NCBI GenBank assembly: GCA_963848335.1
Contig: CAWKDD010000002.1
Coordinates: forward strand, 74,159-138,158
Direction: 5' to 3'
Origin: an uncultured Acidimicrobiales bacterium
Lineage (GTDB): Bacteria; Actinomycetota; Acidimicrobiia; Acidimicrobiales; UBA8190
Length of the DNA: 64,000 nucleotides
Positions 16,545-27,384 of the stretch are shown here, piece by piece. Made by a program: the position numbers and the translations under genes. Below the pieces are notes generated by a model, which was given only the letters and a program-made list of their open reading frames with translations, was not told the DNA's origin and ran no database searches. Within the stretch, counting starts at the first letter, position 1, and the number at the start of each line of letters is the position of its first letter.

Positions 16545-19531
16545 GGGCGGACCCCGATCTCGTCCTCGAGGGTGTCGACGACCGCCCCCTCGAGGTCGTA
16601 GGGGACCTCCGTGTGCATGAGCGCCAGCACCGGGGCGAGCTCGGGAGCAGCCCTCTTGCGTGCCCACTGCCGGTCCCGCGTCACCGGGCACACCACGTCG
16701 AAGTCACACGTCCGGCACGCCTCGAACTGCCGGTCCCCGTTGGTCTCGGGGGGGGCGCCCGGGAAGGCCCCTGCCTCGACGCCGTCGGCGATCAGGGCCA
16801 GCACCTCGACGAAGCGGGCCTGCACCTCTTCGGTGATGGTGAGGCTGTAGCACGGCGCCATCCGCTTCTCCGACAGCAGCCAGTACCGGGCCCGCACGCT
16901 CTCCCCCCCGAAACGGGCCCGCGCCGCCAGCGCGTAGATCGGGAGCTGCAGCAGCCTGCCTCCCGCCACCGGGTCCTTCTTGAGGTCCGACAGCATCCGC
17001 TGCCGCCCCGTCTTGTAGTCCGAGACGACCAGCTCCCCCGACGGGGCCCGGTCCACCCGGTCGGCCTTGCCCTTGAACCGGACCTCCCGCCCTCCGCCGA
17101 GGGTCACGGCCACGGGGGGATCGGCACCGTCCGCCCCCGTGCCGAATTCGAGCTCGGCCGCCAGAGGCTCGAGGTCGCCCTCCTCGTCGTGGAAGCGCGC
17201 CAGGTCGCGCCGGATGGCGGCCTTGTCCATGCGCCACAACAGCGCCTTCCCCACCAGGCCGCGCCCCTCGGCGCCGGAGAACTGCGTCTCGGCCACGGCC
17301 AGGAGCCGGGGCAAGGAGCGTGGCGCGCCCGCCAGGCGCTCGAGGAGGTACTCCTCGAGGATGGCGTGGACCAGCGTGCCGCGCTCGGCCGGTTCCATCT
17401 GCCACAGCTCTTCGGGAAGCGTGCGCTTCGAGACCTGAAGCACGCGGTCGTAGAGGAATCGACGGGGGCACTTGGCATACGCTTCGAGACGCGTGGCGGA
17501 CATCGGGGTGTCGGCGGCGAACGGGGAGACCACGCCGGCCCCGACGTTGCCGTCGAATCGGCTGAAGCCCGAACCCATCCGGTCCCGTGCCGCGGTGATC
17601 CCGGTGTGGAGCCGGGCGGCGGTGCGTGCCACCGGGGAGCGTGCCGGGTCGCGGCCCGCCGCGGCCCACTGCACCATGCCGTGGAGCTCGAGCTCGCGCA
17701 CCGACAACGGCGGGTCGGCGGCAGCGATCCCGGCCGAGAAGGAGTCGACGGCCCGCCATCGGGTCCCGGCTCCGACCAGAGGGTGGAGCCACCGGGACGG
17801 CACCTGGGCCCGTCCCGTGCGGGGGTCGACGCGGGGGTAGCTGGCCACACGGCGCCTGCCGCCAGCACCGGCGGCGGCGAGGACGTCGTCGTGCAGCTGC
17901 TCGAGCCTGGTGGCGCGCGTGCGTAATCCCCCCGAGATGTCGAGCCGGCGGGCGTCCTCGGGGAGCAGGGCGTCTTCGCCCACTGCGCCGGGGACGAGCG
18001 CGTCGGCCATGCCCACCAGGACGACACCGTCGAAGCGCAGGCCACGCGCCCGGCCGTAGGGGGCCACGAACACCCCGTCCCCGAATCCCCCGTGGGGGAG
18101 ATCGGCGGTGTCGAGGCCCGTCTCCTCCAGAACGGTGCGCACCGCAGCTCCGAACGCCCCGGCATCGGCGCGGTCGGACACCGCATCCAGCTCGCCCAGC
18201 GCGAGCACCGCCCCGCGCACCTGCTGTGCCGCCGCCATCTCGCGTGCCGGCCAGGACTCGGGGTCGGGGTGGAGGTAACGGTCGAGCAGTCCAACCGCCC
18301 ACGCCGCGTGGGTCGTCCACGATCCCCCCGGCACGGCCGCCGCCGCCACGAGCTGGTCGACGAATTCCGCCAGGGCGCCGGCGTCCGAGGCGAGTCCCGC
18401 GTCGCGCCGGGCCAGGTTCCCCAGCCGTTCGCGCCACTGCGCCGCGCCGCGCACCACTCCGGCCTGCGACGAGAGCGAGTCCCACCGACTGGCGGGCACC
18501 CGCCGGCGCCGGGGCCCGGTGACGACGGGAGCGGTCGACAGCCAGGCCGTCACCTCGCCGCGCCCCCAGTCGGACGCGGCCAGCTCGAGCAGGCCCAGCA
18601 GCGTGGACCCCGCCACCGACCGGTCCAGGCGTCGGGTCTCGGGCCCGTTGGAGGAGACGCCGGCCGCCTCCAGGGCCTGACGCAGGGCCCGGGGGTAGGC
18701 GGGGCCCGGCGGGTGGAAGATGGCCTGTCGCCACGACGCCCCGCCGGCGTCCACGGACGCCACCACGGCCCGGACCGCGGCCCGCACCTCGTCGTCGGGG
18801 TCGGCACAGACGCGCACCTCGGTCAAGGTGCGGTCGCCCCGACCGGGCACGATCGGTGTCGTGCCGCTCCGGGTCGTGACGAGGTCGAGCACCGCCCGCT
18901 CCGACGGTGCCATCGGAGCGGGGTCGAAGCACAGCACGGGGCCCAGCGCGGCCAGGACGCCCGGGTCGCCCGCTACCGCCGTGCGGGCCGCTTCGGCGAG
19001 GTCGACGGGGTCGGCGAAGCCGCGCTGGTGCAGGTGGGCGCGCACCGCGCCGCACAGTCGGGCCAGGTCGCCGATGCGACCGAGGCGCCGGCCCATGGCC
19101 GCGAGGCTGGGAGCGGGGCAACGGCGGAGCTCGGTCAGCGCGTCACGCAGCGCCAGGAGGCCGCGGGGGTGCCCGGCCAGCTCGGCCAACCATCCTCGTG
19201 AGGCCAGAGCCCCGGTGCGAATGGCCTCCAGGTCGACGGGACCCGGCGCCAGGCGCAGGCCGCGTCCGGCCACCACCGGCACGCCGAGCTGGCGGACGAG
19301 CTTGTCCACCGTGGTGAAGCCCACGTTGGCGATGCCGCCGCGCCCATCGGGTCCGCGGCCCGCTCCCAGGCTGCGGCGTGCCGCCAGAGCCGCGTAGGCG
19401 GAGGGCGCCACCACGGTCACCGGCGCCAGCGGGTCCGTCCCTTTGGCCCCTGCCACCGCGGCGGCGAGCTCGGCCACGACCGGGTCGTCTTCCCCCGGCG
19501 CGTCCTGCCAGGAGTCCGGTGCACGCGCCAT
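16541..19531 (-). CDS. AddB / AdnA-like helicase-nuclease subunit with degenerate ATPase site and C-terminal RecB-family nuclease with Cys cluster
   Basis: 996 aa. No GKT Walker A at the expected N-terminal position (PVTVVAPSAYAAL). The C-terminus has YAKCPRRF, VVSDYKTGR and CRTCDFDVVC, the arrangement expected for an AddB-type Fe-S nuclease. Confidence 0.7.
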   Translation of the reverse strand: MARAPDSWQDAPGEDDPVVAELAAAVAGAKGTDPLAPVTVVAPSAYAALAARRSLGAGRGPDGRGGIANVGFTTVDKLVRQLGVPVVAGRGLRLAPGPVDLEAIRTGALASRGWLAELAGHPRGLLALRDALTELRRCPAPSLAAMGRRLGRIGDLARLCGAVRAHLHQRGFADPVDLAEAARTAVAGDPGVLAALGPVLCFDPAPMAPSERAVLDLVTTRSGTTPIVPGRGDRTLTEVRVCADPDDEVRAAVRAVVASVDAGGASWRQAIFHPPGPAYPRALRQALEAAGVSSNGPETRRLDRSVAGSTLLGLLELAASDWGRGEVTAWLSTAPVVTGPRRRRVPASRWDSLSSQAGVVRGAAQWRERLGNLARRDAGLASDAGALAEFVDQLVAAAAVPGGSWTTHAAWAVGLLDRYLHPDPESWPAREMAAAQQVRGAVLALGELDAVSDRADAGAFGAAVRTVLEETGLDTADLPHGGFGDGVFVAPYGRARGLRFDGVVLVGMADALVPGAVGEDALLPEDARRLDISGGLRTRATRLEQLHDDVLAAAGAGGRRRVASYPRVDPRTGRAQVPSRWLHPLVGAGTRWRAVDSFSAGIAAADPPLSVRELELHGMVQWAAAGRDPARSPVARTAARLHTGITAARDRMGSGFSRFDGNVGAGVVSPFAADTPMSATRLEAYAKCPRRFLYDRVLQVSKRTLPEELWQMEPAERGTLVHAILEEYLLERLAGAPRSLPRLLAVAETQFSGAEGRGLVGKALLWRMDKAAIRRDLARFHDEEGDLEPLAAELEFGTGADGADPPVAVTLGGGREVRFKGKADRVDRAPSGELVVSDYKTGRQRMLSDLKKDPVAGGRLLQLPIYALAARARFGGESVRARYWLLSEKRMAPCYSLTITEEVQARFVEVLALIADGVEAGAFPGAPPETNGDRQFEACRTCDFDVVCPVTRDRQWARKRAAPELAPVLALMHTEVPYDLEGAVVDTLEDEIGVRP

Positions 19532-19615
19532 CGCGGCATGCTACGACCCCGATGTCTCACCCCGGCCGGCGCAACGTCGCCCGGGGGACCCCGTATCGCT
19601 CGGGGCTCCCGGCGC

Positions 19616-20437
19616 TCAGTTCGGGCGGGCGGCTCCGTACGCGTCGCCGAACCGCAGACGGCGCCAGATGGCGAAGGTGTCGCGCAGCATGGCGACCACG
19701 ACACGGCGCGACACGGTGCTCGAGAAGCGCCGACCGATGCGGACCGGCGCCTCGACCAGGTCGCGGTGGCCGAGATGCCGGGCGATGACGAGCATCTCCA
19801 GGTCGAAGGCGTAGCCCTCTTCGACCATGAGAGGGAGGACCTCGGCCAGGACCTCCCGCCGGACGAGCTTGATGCCGGCCTGGGTGTCACGCACGTCGAG
19901 ATGGAACAGCAGCCGCACCAGCTGCTGGTATCCCCACGAGTACATGCGCCGGGCGACGGGATAGACGACCTCGGAGTCGGGATGCCGCTTGCTGCCGAGC
20001 ACCACGTCGGGATGGGCTTTCTGCACCACCCGGACGAACTCGGCCAGGAGCTCGGGCGGGACGTCGCCGTCGCCGTCGATGAAGCCCAGGTAGTGCCCCC
20101 GGCCGCGCGCCAGCCCGGCCCGCACCGCTTTGCCCTTGCCGGCGTGGGGGAGCACCACCTGCACCACGACCTCGGGGTCGAGCCCCTCGAGCGAGGCGTC
20201 GCTCCCGTCGGTGGAGCCGTCCGACACCGTCACGACCTCGAAGGAGATCCCGGTCTCCCGCAGGACCTCGACGGCACGCTCGACCGTCGACCGGAGCACC
20301 GGGCCCGGGTTGTAGTACGGCACCACCACGGTGAGGTCCAGTACCGGTGCGGGAAGGGTCGCCTGAGCCACGAGTCTCAGGGGCGCCACGGGCGTACGCG
20401 CCTCGCGAACCCCGCTCCCGGGTTGATGTCGCGCCAC
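19616..20437 (-). CDS. family 2 glycosyltransferase, polyprenol-phosphate glycosyltransferase-like (DPM1/GtrB-like)
   Basis: VVVPYYNPG, SDGSTDGS, and FIDGDGD (DxD) motifs. The start is either GTG at 20437 or GTG at 20371. Confidence 0.8.
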   Translation of the reverse strand: MARHQPGSGVREARTPVAPLRLVAQATLPAPVLDLTVVVPYYNPGPVLRSTVERAVEVLRETGISFEVVTVSDGSTDGSDASLEGLDPEVVVQVVLPHAGKGKAVRAGLARGRGHYLGFIDGDGDVPPELLAEFVRVVQKAHPDVVLGSKRHPDSEVVYPVARRMYSWGYQQLVRLLFHLDVRDTQAGIKLVRREVLAEVLPLMVEEGYAFDLEMLVIARHLGHRDLVEAPVRIGRRFSSTVSRRVVVAMLRDTFAIWRRLRFGDAYGAARPN

Positions 20438-20700
20438 TGCCCCCCCTCCCGAGCCCGCGCACCCCCAGTGACCTGCCAGATGCCGGCAAGGTGCATTTTA
20501 CCGGGGGACGAGGCGCAACTTGGCGCGAACCGTGCCTCGCGGTGGGGGGCACCAGGCACGTGCTGATGGTAGTGCCGGCGCCCTCGTCCCGAGGGGGGAG
20601 CTCCGCCCCTGTATCCTCACCTCTCCTTCCCGCTTCACAGAGGTTTCTGGATGCAGTCCCAGCCTCTTCCCAGCTTGATCGGGGATCCTGGGACGGCTGA

Positions 20701-21933
<1,233 letters not shown>

Positions 21934-21966
21934 ACGGGGGCCTCAGCCCCTCAGGCTGTCAGGTGG

Positions 21967-23556
21967 TCAGGGCCCCTCTCCGCCCGAGGGGGTGCAGGAC
22001 CGGGGGTCGAAAGGCGCCAGGGGTTGGGTCGGTGCCGTGGGCGTACCCAGCGACGCCGCCGCTGCCGACGACCCTGTCGCGGTGGACCCGGTGTTCGACG
22101 AGCTCGGCGTGCTGGCTCCCGAGGTGGGCGCCGTGCCCTTCGAAGCGGGCGCCGCCACCGAGAAGCTGGTGCCGGTCACGACCGTGACCTCGGCGCCGTC
22201 GGCGGTGGGCCCCTGGCCCATCGTCACGGCCCCCGACAGCGACTGCATGACCCGCTCGGCGGCCGCCAGGTGGCTGGGCGAGGAGTAGTAGACGATCGAC
22301 TCCGAGGGAGACCCGCCCGCCTGGGCATCCCCCTGCCCGACGGTGTGGAAGCCCAGTGCCTGCAGAGCCGACGCCGTCTGCCCGGCCTGACCCGTCTGGC
22401 CCGTGCCGTTGAGCACCGACACCGTCACCGAGCTCGGCGAGGGAAGCGGCTTGCCCGTCATGGTGTCGCGGCCCGAGGGAAGCCCCAGGAAGCTCGACAC
22501 GGCCTCGATGTCGTTGGGTTGGCTGGTCAGCTCGACGTTCCCGTAGTCGTAGCCCTGGAAGTAGTAGTTCAGGCTCGACAGCACGACCACCGGCAGCGTC
22601 TTCTGGGGCGTGGAGGCCGTGTTGACGCCGTGGAACGTCACCACCAGGCCGAACATCGAGCCGAGCGAGAAGCTCGAGTCCACCTGCAGCTGCGGGGCCA
22701 CCGCACTGAGCAGGTCGTTGTCGGTCACGGGGTTGCCCAGTCCCCGCTTGGCCACCGCCGCCGCCAGCACGCGCAGGAACTCGTGGTCGCGCCGGATCCT
22801 GCTCAGGTCGCTCTCGGGGTCCTGGGGCCAGTCCCGGGGGTTCTTGCTCGTGACGCCGGGTCCCTTGTACTGCAGGTGCCTGGCGCGCACCACCTCCAGT
22901 GCCTGGAAGCCGTCGAGCTGGTGGCATCCCGCCGTCGTGACGTCGAGACCCGAGTAGGCGTCGTAGACGGGTTCGGGGAAGTACATCTTGACGCCGCCGA
23001 GGGCGTTGACCACCCCCTGGAAGCTGTCGAAGTTGAGCTCCACGTAATGGTGGATGGGGATCCCGAAGTCCTCCTGGATGGCGCTCACCAGTTGCTTGGG
23101 CCCCTCGACCAGGGCGGCGTCGATCTTGTTGGCCCCATCGGCGCGCGCGTTGGGGACGAAGAGGTCACGCGGGATCGACAAGATGCCGGCGGTCTTGGTG
23201 TTGGGGTCGAGGTGCAGGATCATCACCACGTCGCTGTTGACGCCGGTGACCCCCTGCGAGCACAGGCCGAAGGCCTTGTTCTGCTGCTTGAGGGCGCACC
23301 GGGAGGTGGACCCCACCAGGACCACGTTCTCGACCCCCGAGGGCGGCACCGCCACCAGGTCGCCGACTTTGATGCGCGTGATCTGGTGGTTGCGGTACGC
23401 CACGTAGCCGATACCGGCACCGGCGAGGACGACGACCACCGCCACCACGACGATGCCCACTCTGAGCAGTCGCCGGGTGGCCCGGCTGCGGCTCTTGTTC
23501 CGAATGTCGGCGCGCCCGAATACGGGCGGCGGGGCCGGGGGGGTGCTTTCGGGCAC
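21967..23556 (-). CDS. LytR-CpsA-Psr (LCP) family cell-envelope glycopolymer transferase with C-terminal LytR_C-like domain
   Basis: 529 aa. N-terminal TM helix, LCP core (SDVVMILHLDPNTKTAGILSIPRDL..., VELNFDSFQGVVNALGGV), and a C-terminal VSVLNGTGQTGQAGQTASAL region. Confidence 0.85.
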   Translation of the reverse strand: MPESTPPAPPPVFGRADIRNKSRSRATRRLLRVGIVVVAVVVVLAGAGIGYVAYRNHQITRIKVGDLVAVPPSGVENVVLVGSTSRCALKQQNKAFGLCSQGVTGVNSDVVMILHLDPNTKTAGILSIPRDLFVPNARADGANKIDAALVEGPKQLVSAIQEDFGIPIHHYVELNFDSFQGVVNALGGVKMYFPEPVYDAYSGLDVTTAGCHQLDGFQALEVVRARHLQYKGPGVTSKNPRDWPQDPESDLSRIRRDHEFLRVLAAAVAKRGLGNPVTDNDLLSAVAPQLQVDSSFSLGSMFGLVVTFHGVNTASTPQKTLPVVVLSSLNYYFQGYDYGNVELTSQPNDIEAVSSFLGLPSGRDTMTGKPLPSPSSVTVSVLNGTGQTGQAGQTASALQALGFHTVGQGDAQAGGSPSESIVYYSSPSHLAAAERVMQSLSGAVTMGQGPTADGAEVTVVTGTSFSVAAPASKGTAPTSGASTPSSSNTGSTATGSSAAAASLGTPTAPTQPLAPFDPRSCTPSGGEGP

Positions 23557-23622
23557 GACAGGCGAGTGTAGTGGTGGCGCCTGCGCCCACTTCGTCTTTC
23601 CGGGGCCTTCCGTCGGTCACGC

Positions 23623-25044
23623 GTGGCGGGCACGGGACCGGGTTCGCACAGTGAGCGGTGTCGGCAGGCCAGTATGGTCGCAGCGATGGTCGGGGAGCGG
23701 CGTCGGCCGATGGCCACCGAGCGACGTCGGCTCGGGCGACGGCGGGCGCGGGCGCGGACCGTTGTACGCGTGGCCGTTCCCATGGCCCTGTCGGCCGTGG
23801 TGGTGGTGCTGGCGGTGGCCGCCGTGGCGCAGATCGGCTCGGCGTCGGGCCCCTACCGCCGCACCGTCGACCGGGGGTACGTCGCGCTCGCCGGGCCGCT
23901 CGTGGTGGCGTCCGACACCTCGGGCGCACAGCTCGTCTCGTTCCTCCACGACGGCCCGTCGCTCGGTCGGGTCACGTTCTTCGCCACCCTCGACGCGCTC
24001 GCCGCCGACACCGCCACGTTGGCTCGCCGCTACGACGCCATCACTCCGCCCGGTCCGGTCACGACCGCCGGCTGCGCGTCGGCGTTCGCCACCCGGGCGG
24101 CGGCCGTCTCGAACTTGCGTGTCGCGCTCGCGGGGGTCCTCGGGGGTCGGACCGGCCTCGGCCTCGTCGACCAGGGCGCGGCCGTCTCCGCCACGGCCGG
24201 GGTCGGCAACTCCCTGCGGTCCGCCGACGCCTCGTGGGCCGCGTGCCGCCGCGCCCTGCGGCGTGCCTCGGGGACCGCCGTCCTCCCCCCTTCGGTATGG
24301 GTGCGCCACGGAGCCGTGTTCGGGGCCTCGGCCGTGGACCGGTTCGTGACGCAGGTGGCGCAGTCGCGGTCGTTGGCGCCGGTCCACGACCTAGCCCTCG
24401 TCGACGTCGTCACCGACCCTGCCGCGGTGGCCGGGGCCCAGGGGCTCGTTGTGCCCGCGGCCACGAGCATGGTCACCCACGTCGTCGTGGCCAACCGCGG
24501 CAACGTGGAGGAGCAGGGGGTGGAGATCGGCGGGGTCGCCACCCCCCAGGGTGCGGTGGCGAAACCGGTGCTCGTGCAGCGGACCGTCGACCTGGCGGCG
24601 GGACGGTCCACGACGGTGCCGCTCCCCGGGTTCGTGGTGACGCCCGGATCCTCGTACACGGTGGAGGTCGTGGCGGAGTCCCCCGCGTCGTCGGGCACGG
24701 GGCTACTCGTGACGCACTCGGTGCAGGTGCAGGTGCAACCGGTCGCTACCTTGACGTCGGTCACGTCGACGCCGCTCGTCGCCGTGGCGGGCCGCCCCGT
24801 GGTCCTCCTCGCGCAGCTCACGTCGTCGCTGTCGGGGGCGGGGGCACCCACGGGGACCGTGGCATTCGACGACGACGGCGCCACCATCCCGGGTTGCGGG
24901 GCGCGGCCCGTCCACGACGCACAGGCCACGTGCTCGGTGACCTACCCGGCGGCCGGGCTCCACGCCATCACGGCCGCGTACTCCGGGGACCCGCGCTACT
25001 CAGGGTCCATGGCACCGGCCATCACGCTCCGAGTGGGCTCCTAG
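23623..25044 (+). CDS. hypothetical membrane-anchored protein with C-terminal bacterial Ig-like domain
   Basis: Arg-rich N-terminus plus TM helix (VAVPMALSAVVVVLAVAAV). The C-terminal TVAFDDDGATIPGCGA...ATCSVTYPAAGLHAITAAYSGDPRYSGS resembles Ig-like repeat domains. The start is uncertain (23623, ATG 23674 or ATG 23710). Confidence 0.5.
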   Translation: MAGTGPGSHSERCRQASMVAAMVGERRRPMATERRRLGRRRARARTVVRVAVPMALSAVVVVLAVAAVAQIGSASGPYRRTVDRGYVALAGPLVVASDTSGAQLVSFLHDGPSLGRVTFFATLDALAADTATLARRYDAITPPGPVTTAGCASAFATRAAAVSNLRVALAGVLGGRTGLGLVDQGAAVSATAGVGNSLRSADASWAACRRALRRASGTAVLPPSVWVRHGAVFGASAVDRFVTQVAQSRSLAPVHDLALVDVVTDPAAVAGAQGLVVPAATSMVTHVVVANRGNVEEQGVEIGGVATPQGAVAKPVLVQRTVDLAAGRSTTVPLPGFVVTPGSSYTVEVVAESPASSGTGLLVTHSVQVQVQPVATLTSVTSTPLVAVAGRPVVLLAQLTSSLSGAGAPTGTVAFDDDGATIPGCGARPVHDAQATCSVTYPAAGLHAITAAYSGDPRYSGSMAPAITLRVGS

Positions 25045-25150
25045 CGCCGCCGCCGCCGGCCTTCAGGGGAGCTGTCCGAGGCCCCGGAGTGACCGGGTAG
25101 ACCACTGAGCCATAGGATCGGGGTGGGACGTACAGGAGGGTCCGAACCTC

Positions 25151-26422
25151 GTGGCAGAGAGCATCACCATCACCGACAACCGGACGGGCAACCAGCTCGA
25201 GATCCCCATCCGCAACGGCGGCGTGGCGGCGAGCGAGTGGGGCAAGCTCCTCCCCGGCATCTGGTTCTACGACCCGGGGTTCGTCGCCACCGCGGCGTGC
25301 GAGAGCTCGGTGTCCTTCGTGGACGGCGACGCCGGGATCCTGCGCTATCGCGGCTACGAGATCGCCGAGCTGGCCGAGCACTCCAACTATCTCGAGGTGG
25401 CCTACCTGCTCCTGCACGGGCAGCTTCCCACCGCGGCCGAGTTCGACTCCTGGCGCCACGAGATCACGTACCACACCTATATCCACGAGAACGTACGGAA
25501 GCGCTTCCTCGAGGGGTTCCACTACGACGCCCATCCCATGGGGATGCTCGTATCGGCGGTGGCGGCGCTCTCGACGTTCTATCTCGACGCCAAGGAGATC
25601 TTCGATCCGGACTCCCGGCGCCGCCAGGTCATCCGGCTCATCGCCAAGATGCCCACGCTGGCGGCTGCCGCCCACCGGTTCTCGGTGGGCATGCCCTTCG
25701 TCTACCCCGACAACTCCCTCGATTTCGCCGGCAACTTCCTCTCCATGATGTGGAAGGTGGCCGAGCCCCGCTTCGACGCCAACCCCACGCTGGCCCGGGC
25801 TCTCGACATCTTGTTCATCCTCCACGCCGACCACGAGCAGAACTGCTCCACCACGGCGATGCGCGTGGTGGGTTCGTCGCACGCCGATCCGTACTCGTGC
25901 TGTGCGGCCGCCTGTGCCGCCCTCTACGGGCCCCGTCACGGCGGAGCCAACGAGATGGTCATCCGCATGCTCACCGACATCGGCTCCATCGAGAACGTGC
26001 CCGCCTTCATCGACTCGGTGAAGCAGGGCGAGGGCGGACGGCTCCAGGGCTTCGGGCACCGCGTGTACAAGAACTACGACCCGAGGGCCCGGATCATCAA
26101 GCAGACCGCCGACGAGGTCTTCGCCATCACCGGCAAGAACCCCCTTCTCGACATCGCCCTCAAGCTCGAGGAGATCGCCCTCTCCGACGAGTACTTCACG
26201 TCACGCCGGCTGTACCCCAACGTCGACTTCTACTCGGGACTCATCTACCAGGCCATGGGCTTCCCCCTCGAGATGTTCCCCGTGCTCTTCGCCATCCCCC
26301 GCACCGCGGGGTGGCTGGCGCACTGGCAGGAGATGCTCGACCAGGACTCCAAGATCGCCCGCCCCCGCCAGCTCTACATCGGGGCCGAGCCGCGCCAGTA
26401 CGTCCCTATCGCCCAGCGCTGA
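25151..26422 (+). CDS. gltA: citrate synthase
   Basis: 423 aa with ILFILHADHEQNCSTT, GPRHGGANE and GFGHRVYKNYDPR catalytic-region motifs. Confidence 0.9.
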   Translation: MAESITITDNRTGNQLEIPIRNGGVAASEWGKLLPGIWFYDPGFVATAACESSVSFVDGDAGILRYRGYEIAELAEHSNYLEVAYLLLHGQLPTAAEFDSWRHEITYHTYIHENVRKRFLEGFHYDAHPMGMLVSAVAALSTFYLDAKEIFDPDSRRRQVIRLIAKMPTLAAAAHRFSVGMPFVYPDNSLDFAGNFLSMMWKVAEPRFDANPTLARALDILFILHADHEQNCSTTAMRVVGSSHADPYSCCAAACAALYGPRHGGANEMVIRMLTDIGSIENVPAFIDSVKQGEGGRLQGFGHRVYKNYDPRARIIKQTADEVFAITGKNPLLDIALKLEEIALSDEYFTSRRLYPNVDFYSGLIYQAMGFPLEMFPVLFAIPRTAGWLAHWQEMLDQDSKIARPRQLYIGAEPRQYVPIAQR

Positions 26423-26485
26423 GCGCCCGGGCCCGCCCCCCGGCGCCCGCCAGGTGGACAGGTCCCTCCCGGTCGGCAGTTCCCG

Positions 26486-27352
26486 CTACGTCGGCAGTTT
26501 GGGGACCAGGCGCATGAGGCCCTCCTGGGCCATCGATACCACGAGCGTCCCGTCGCGGGCGAAGAGGAACCCCCGGGCCAGGCCCCGGGCGCCGAAGGCG
26601 TTGGGGCTGTCCATGTCGTAGAGGAGCCAGTCGTCGGCACGGAGGGGGCGGTGGAACCACATGCAGTGGTCCAGGCTCGCCCCCATGAACTCGGCGTCCT
26701 CCCACCGCACCTCGTGGGGGGCCAGCATGGTGTCGAACAGGGACATGTCCGACGCGTAGGCGGCGACACAGGCGTGCAGGAGGGGGTCGTCGGGGAGCGT
26801 CCCGTCGGCCCGGATCCACACCCGCTGGACGGGCTCCCGAGCCTCGTGCTGCATCCAGGGCAGCTCGCCGACGTGGCGTTGGTCGATGGGGTGGGGGCGG
26901 GCGAACCAGTCGGCCAGCTCCTCGCGGAAGGGCTCGAGCCGGTCGTACAACGAGGGCAGTGTCTCGGGATCGGGCACGTCGGGCATGGGCACCTGGTGGA
27001 CGAAGGCCCCCTCCTCGTGGACATGGAACGAGGTGGCCAGGTTGAAGATGGCCTGGCCGTGCTGGATGGCCACCACCCGCCGTGTCGTGAAGGAGCGGCC
27101 GTCGCGGATCCGGTCGACCTCGTAGAGGATGGGCACGTTGGGGTCCCCGGGCCGCAGGAAGTACGCGTGGAGCGAATGGACGCGACCGCGTTCCACGGTG
27201 CGCCCCGCCGCCATGAGCGCCTGCGCCGCGACCTGTCCCCCGAACACCCGCTGACGGTGCTCGTCGGGGCTCACGCCGCGGAAGATGTTCACTTCGATGG
27301 GCTCGATGTCGAGCAGCTTGACCAGGAAGTCCAGGGCGTCGCTCACCACCAC
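26486..27352 (-). CDS. tesB: acyl-CoA thioesterase II
   Basis: Double hotdog TesB-like sequence (LDIEPIEVNIFRG..., HSLHAYFLRPGD, SLDHCMWFHRP). Three consecutive GTG codons at 27352/27349/27346 are candidate starts. Confidence 0.85.
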   Translation of the reverse strand: MVVSDALDFLVKLLDIEPIEVNIFRGVSPDEHRQRVFGGQVAAQALMAAGRTVERGRVHSLHAYFLRPGDPNVPILYEVDRIRDGRSFTTRRVVAIQHGQAIFNLATSFHVHEEGAFVHQVPMPDVPDPETLPSLYDRLEPFREELADWFARPHPIDQRHVGELPWMQHEAREPVQRVWIRADGTLPDDPLLHACVAAYASDMSLFDTMLAPHEVRWEDAEFMGASLDHCMWFHRPLRADDWLLYDMDSPNAFGARGLARGFLFARDGTLVVSMAQEGLMRLVPKLPT

Positions 27353-27384
27353 ATCCTGGCAGGCCCCGCCGCTACCGTGGCGCT

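Noticed and set aside
12687-16601. 1304 aa plus-strand ORF, and related ORFs 16613..17926, 16704..19121 and 17626..18522, overlapping the helicase-nuclease genes
   Set aside because: The minus-strand frames carry the helicase and nuclease motifs. These alternatives are Arg/Gly/Pro-rich low-complexity translations.
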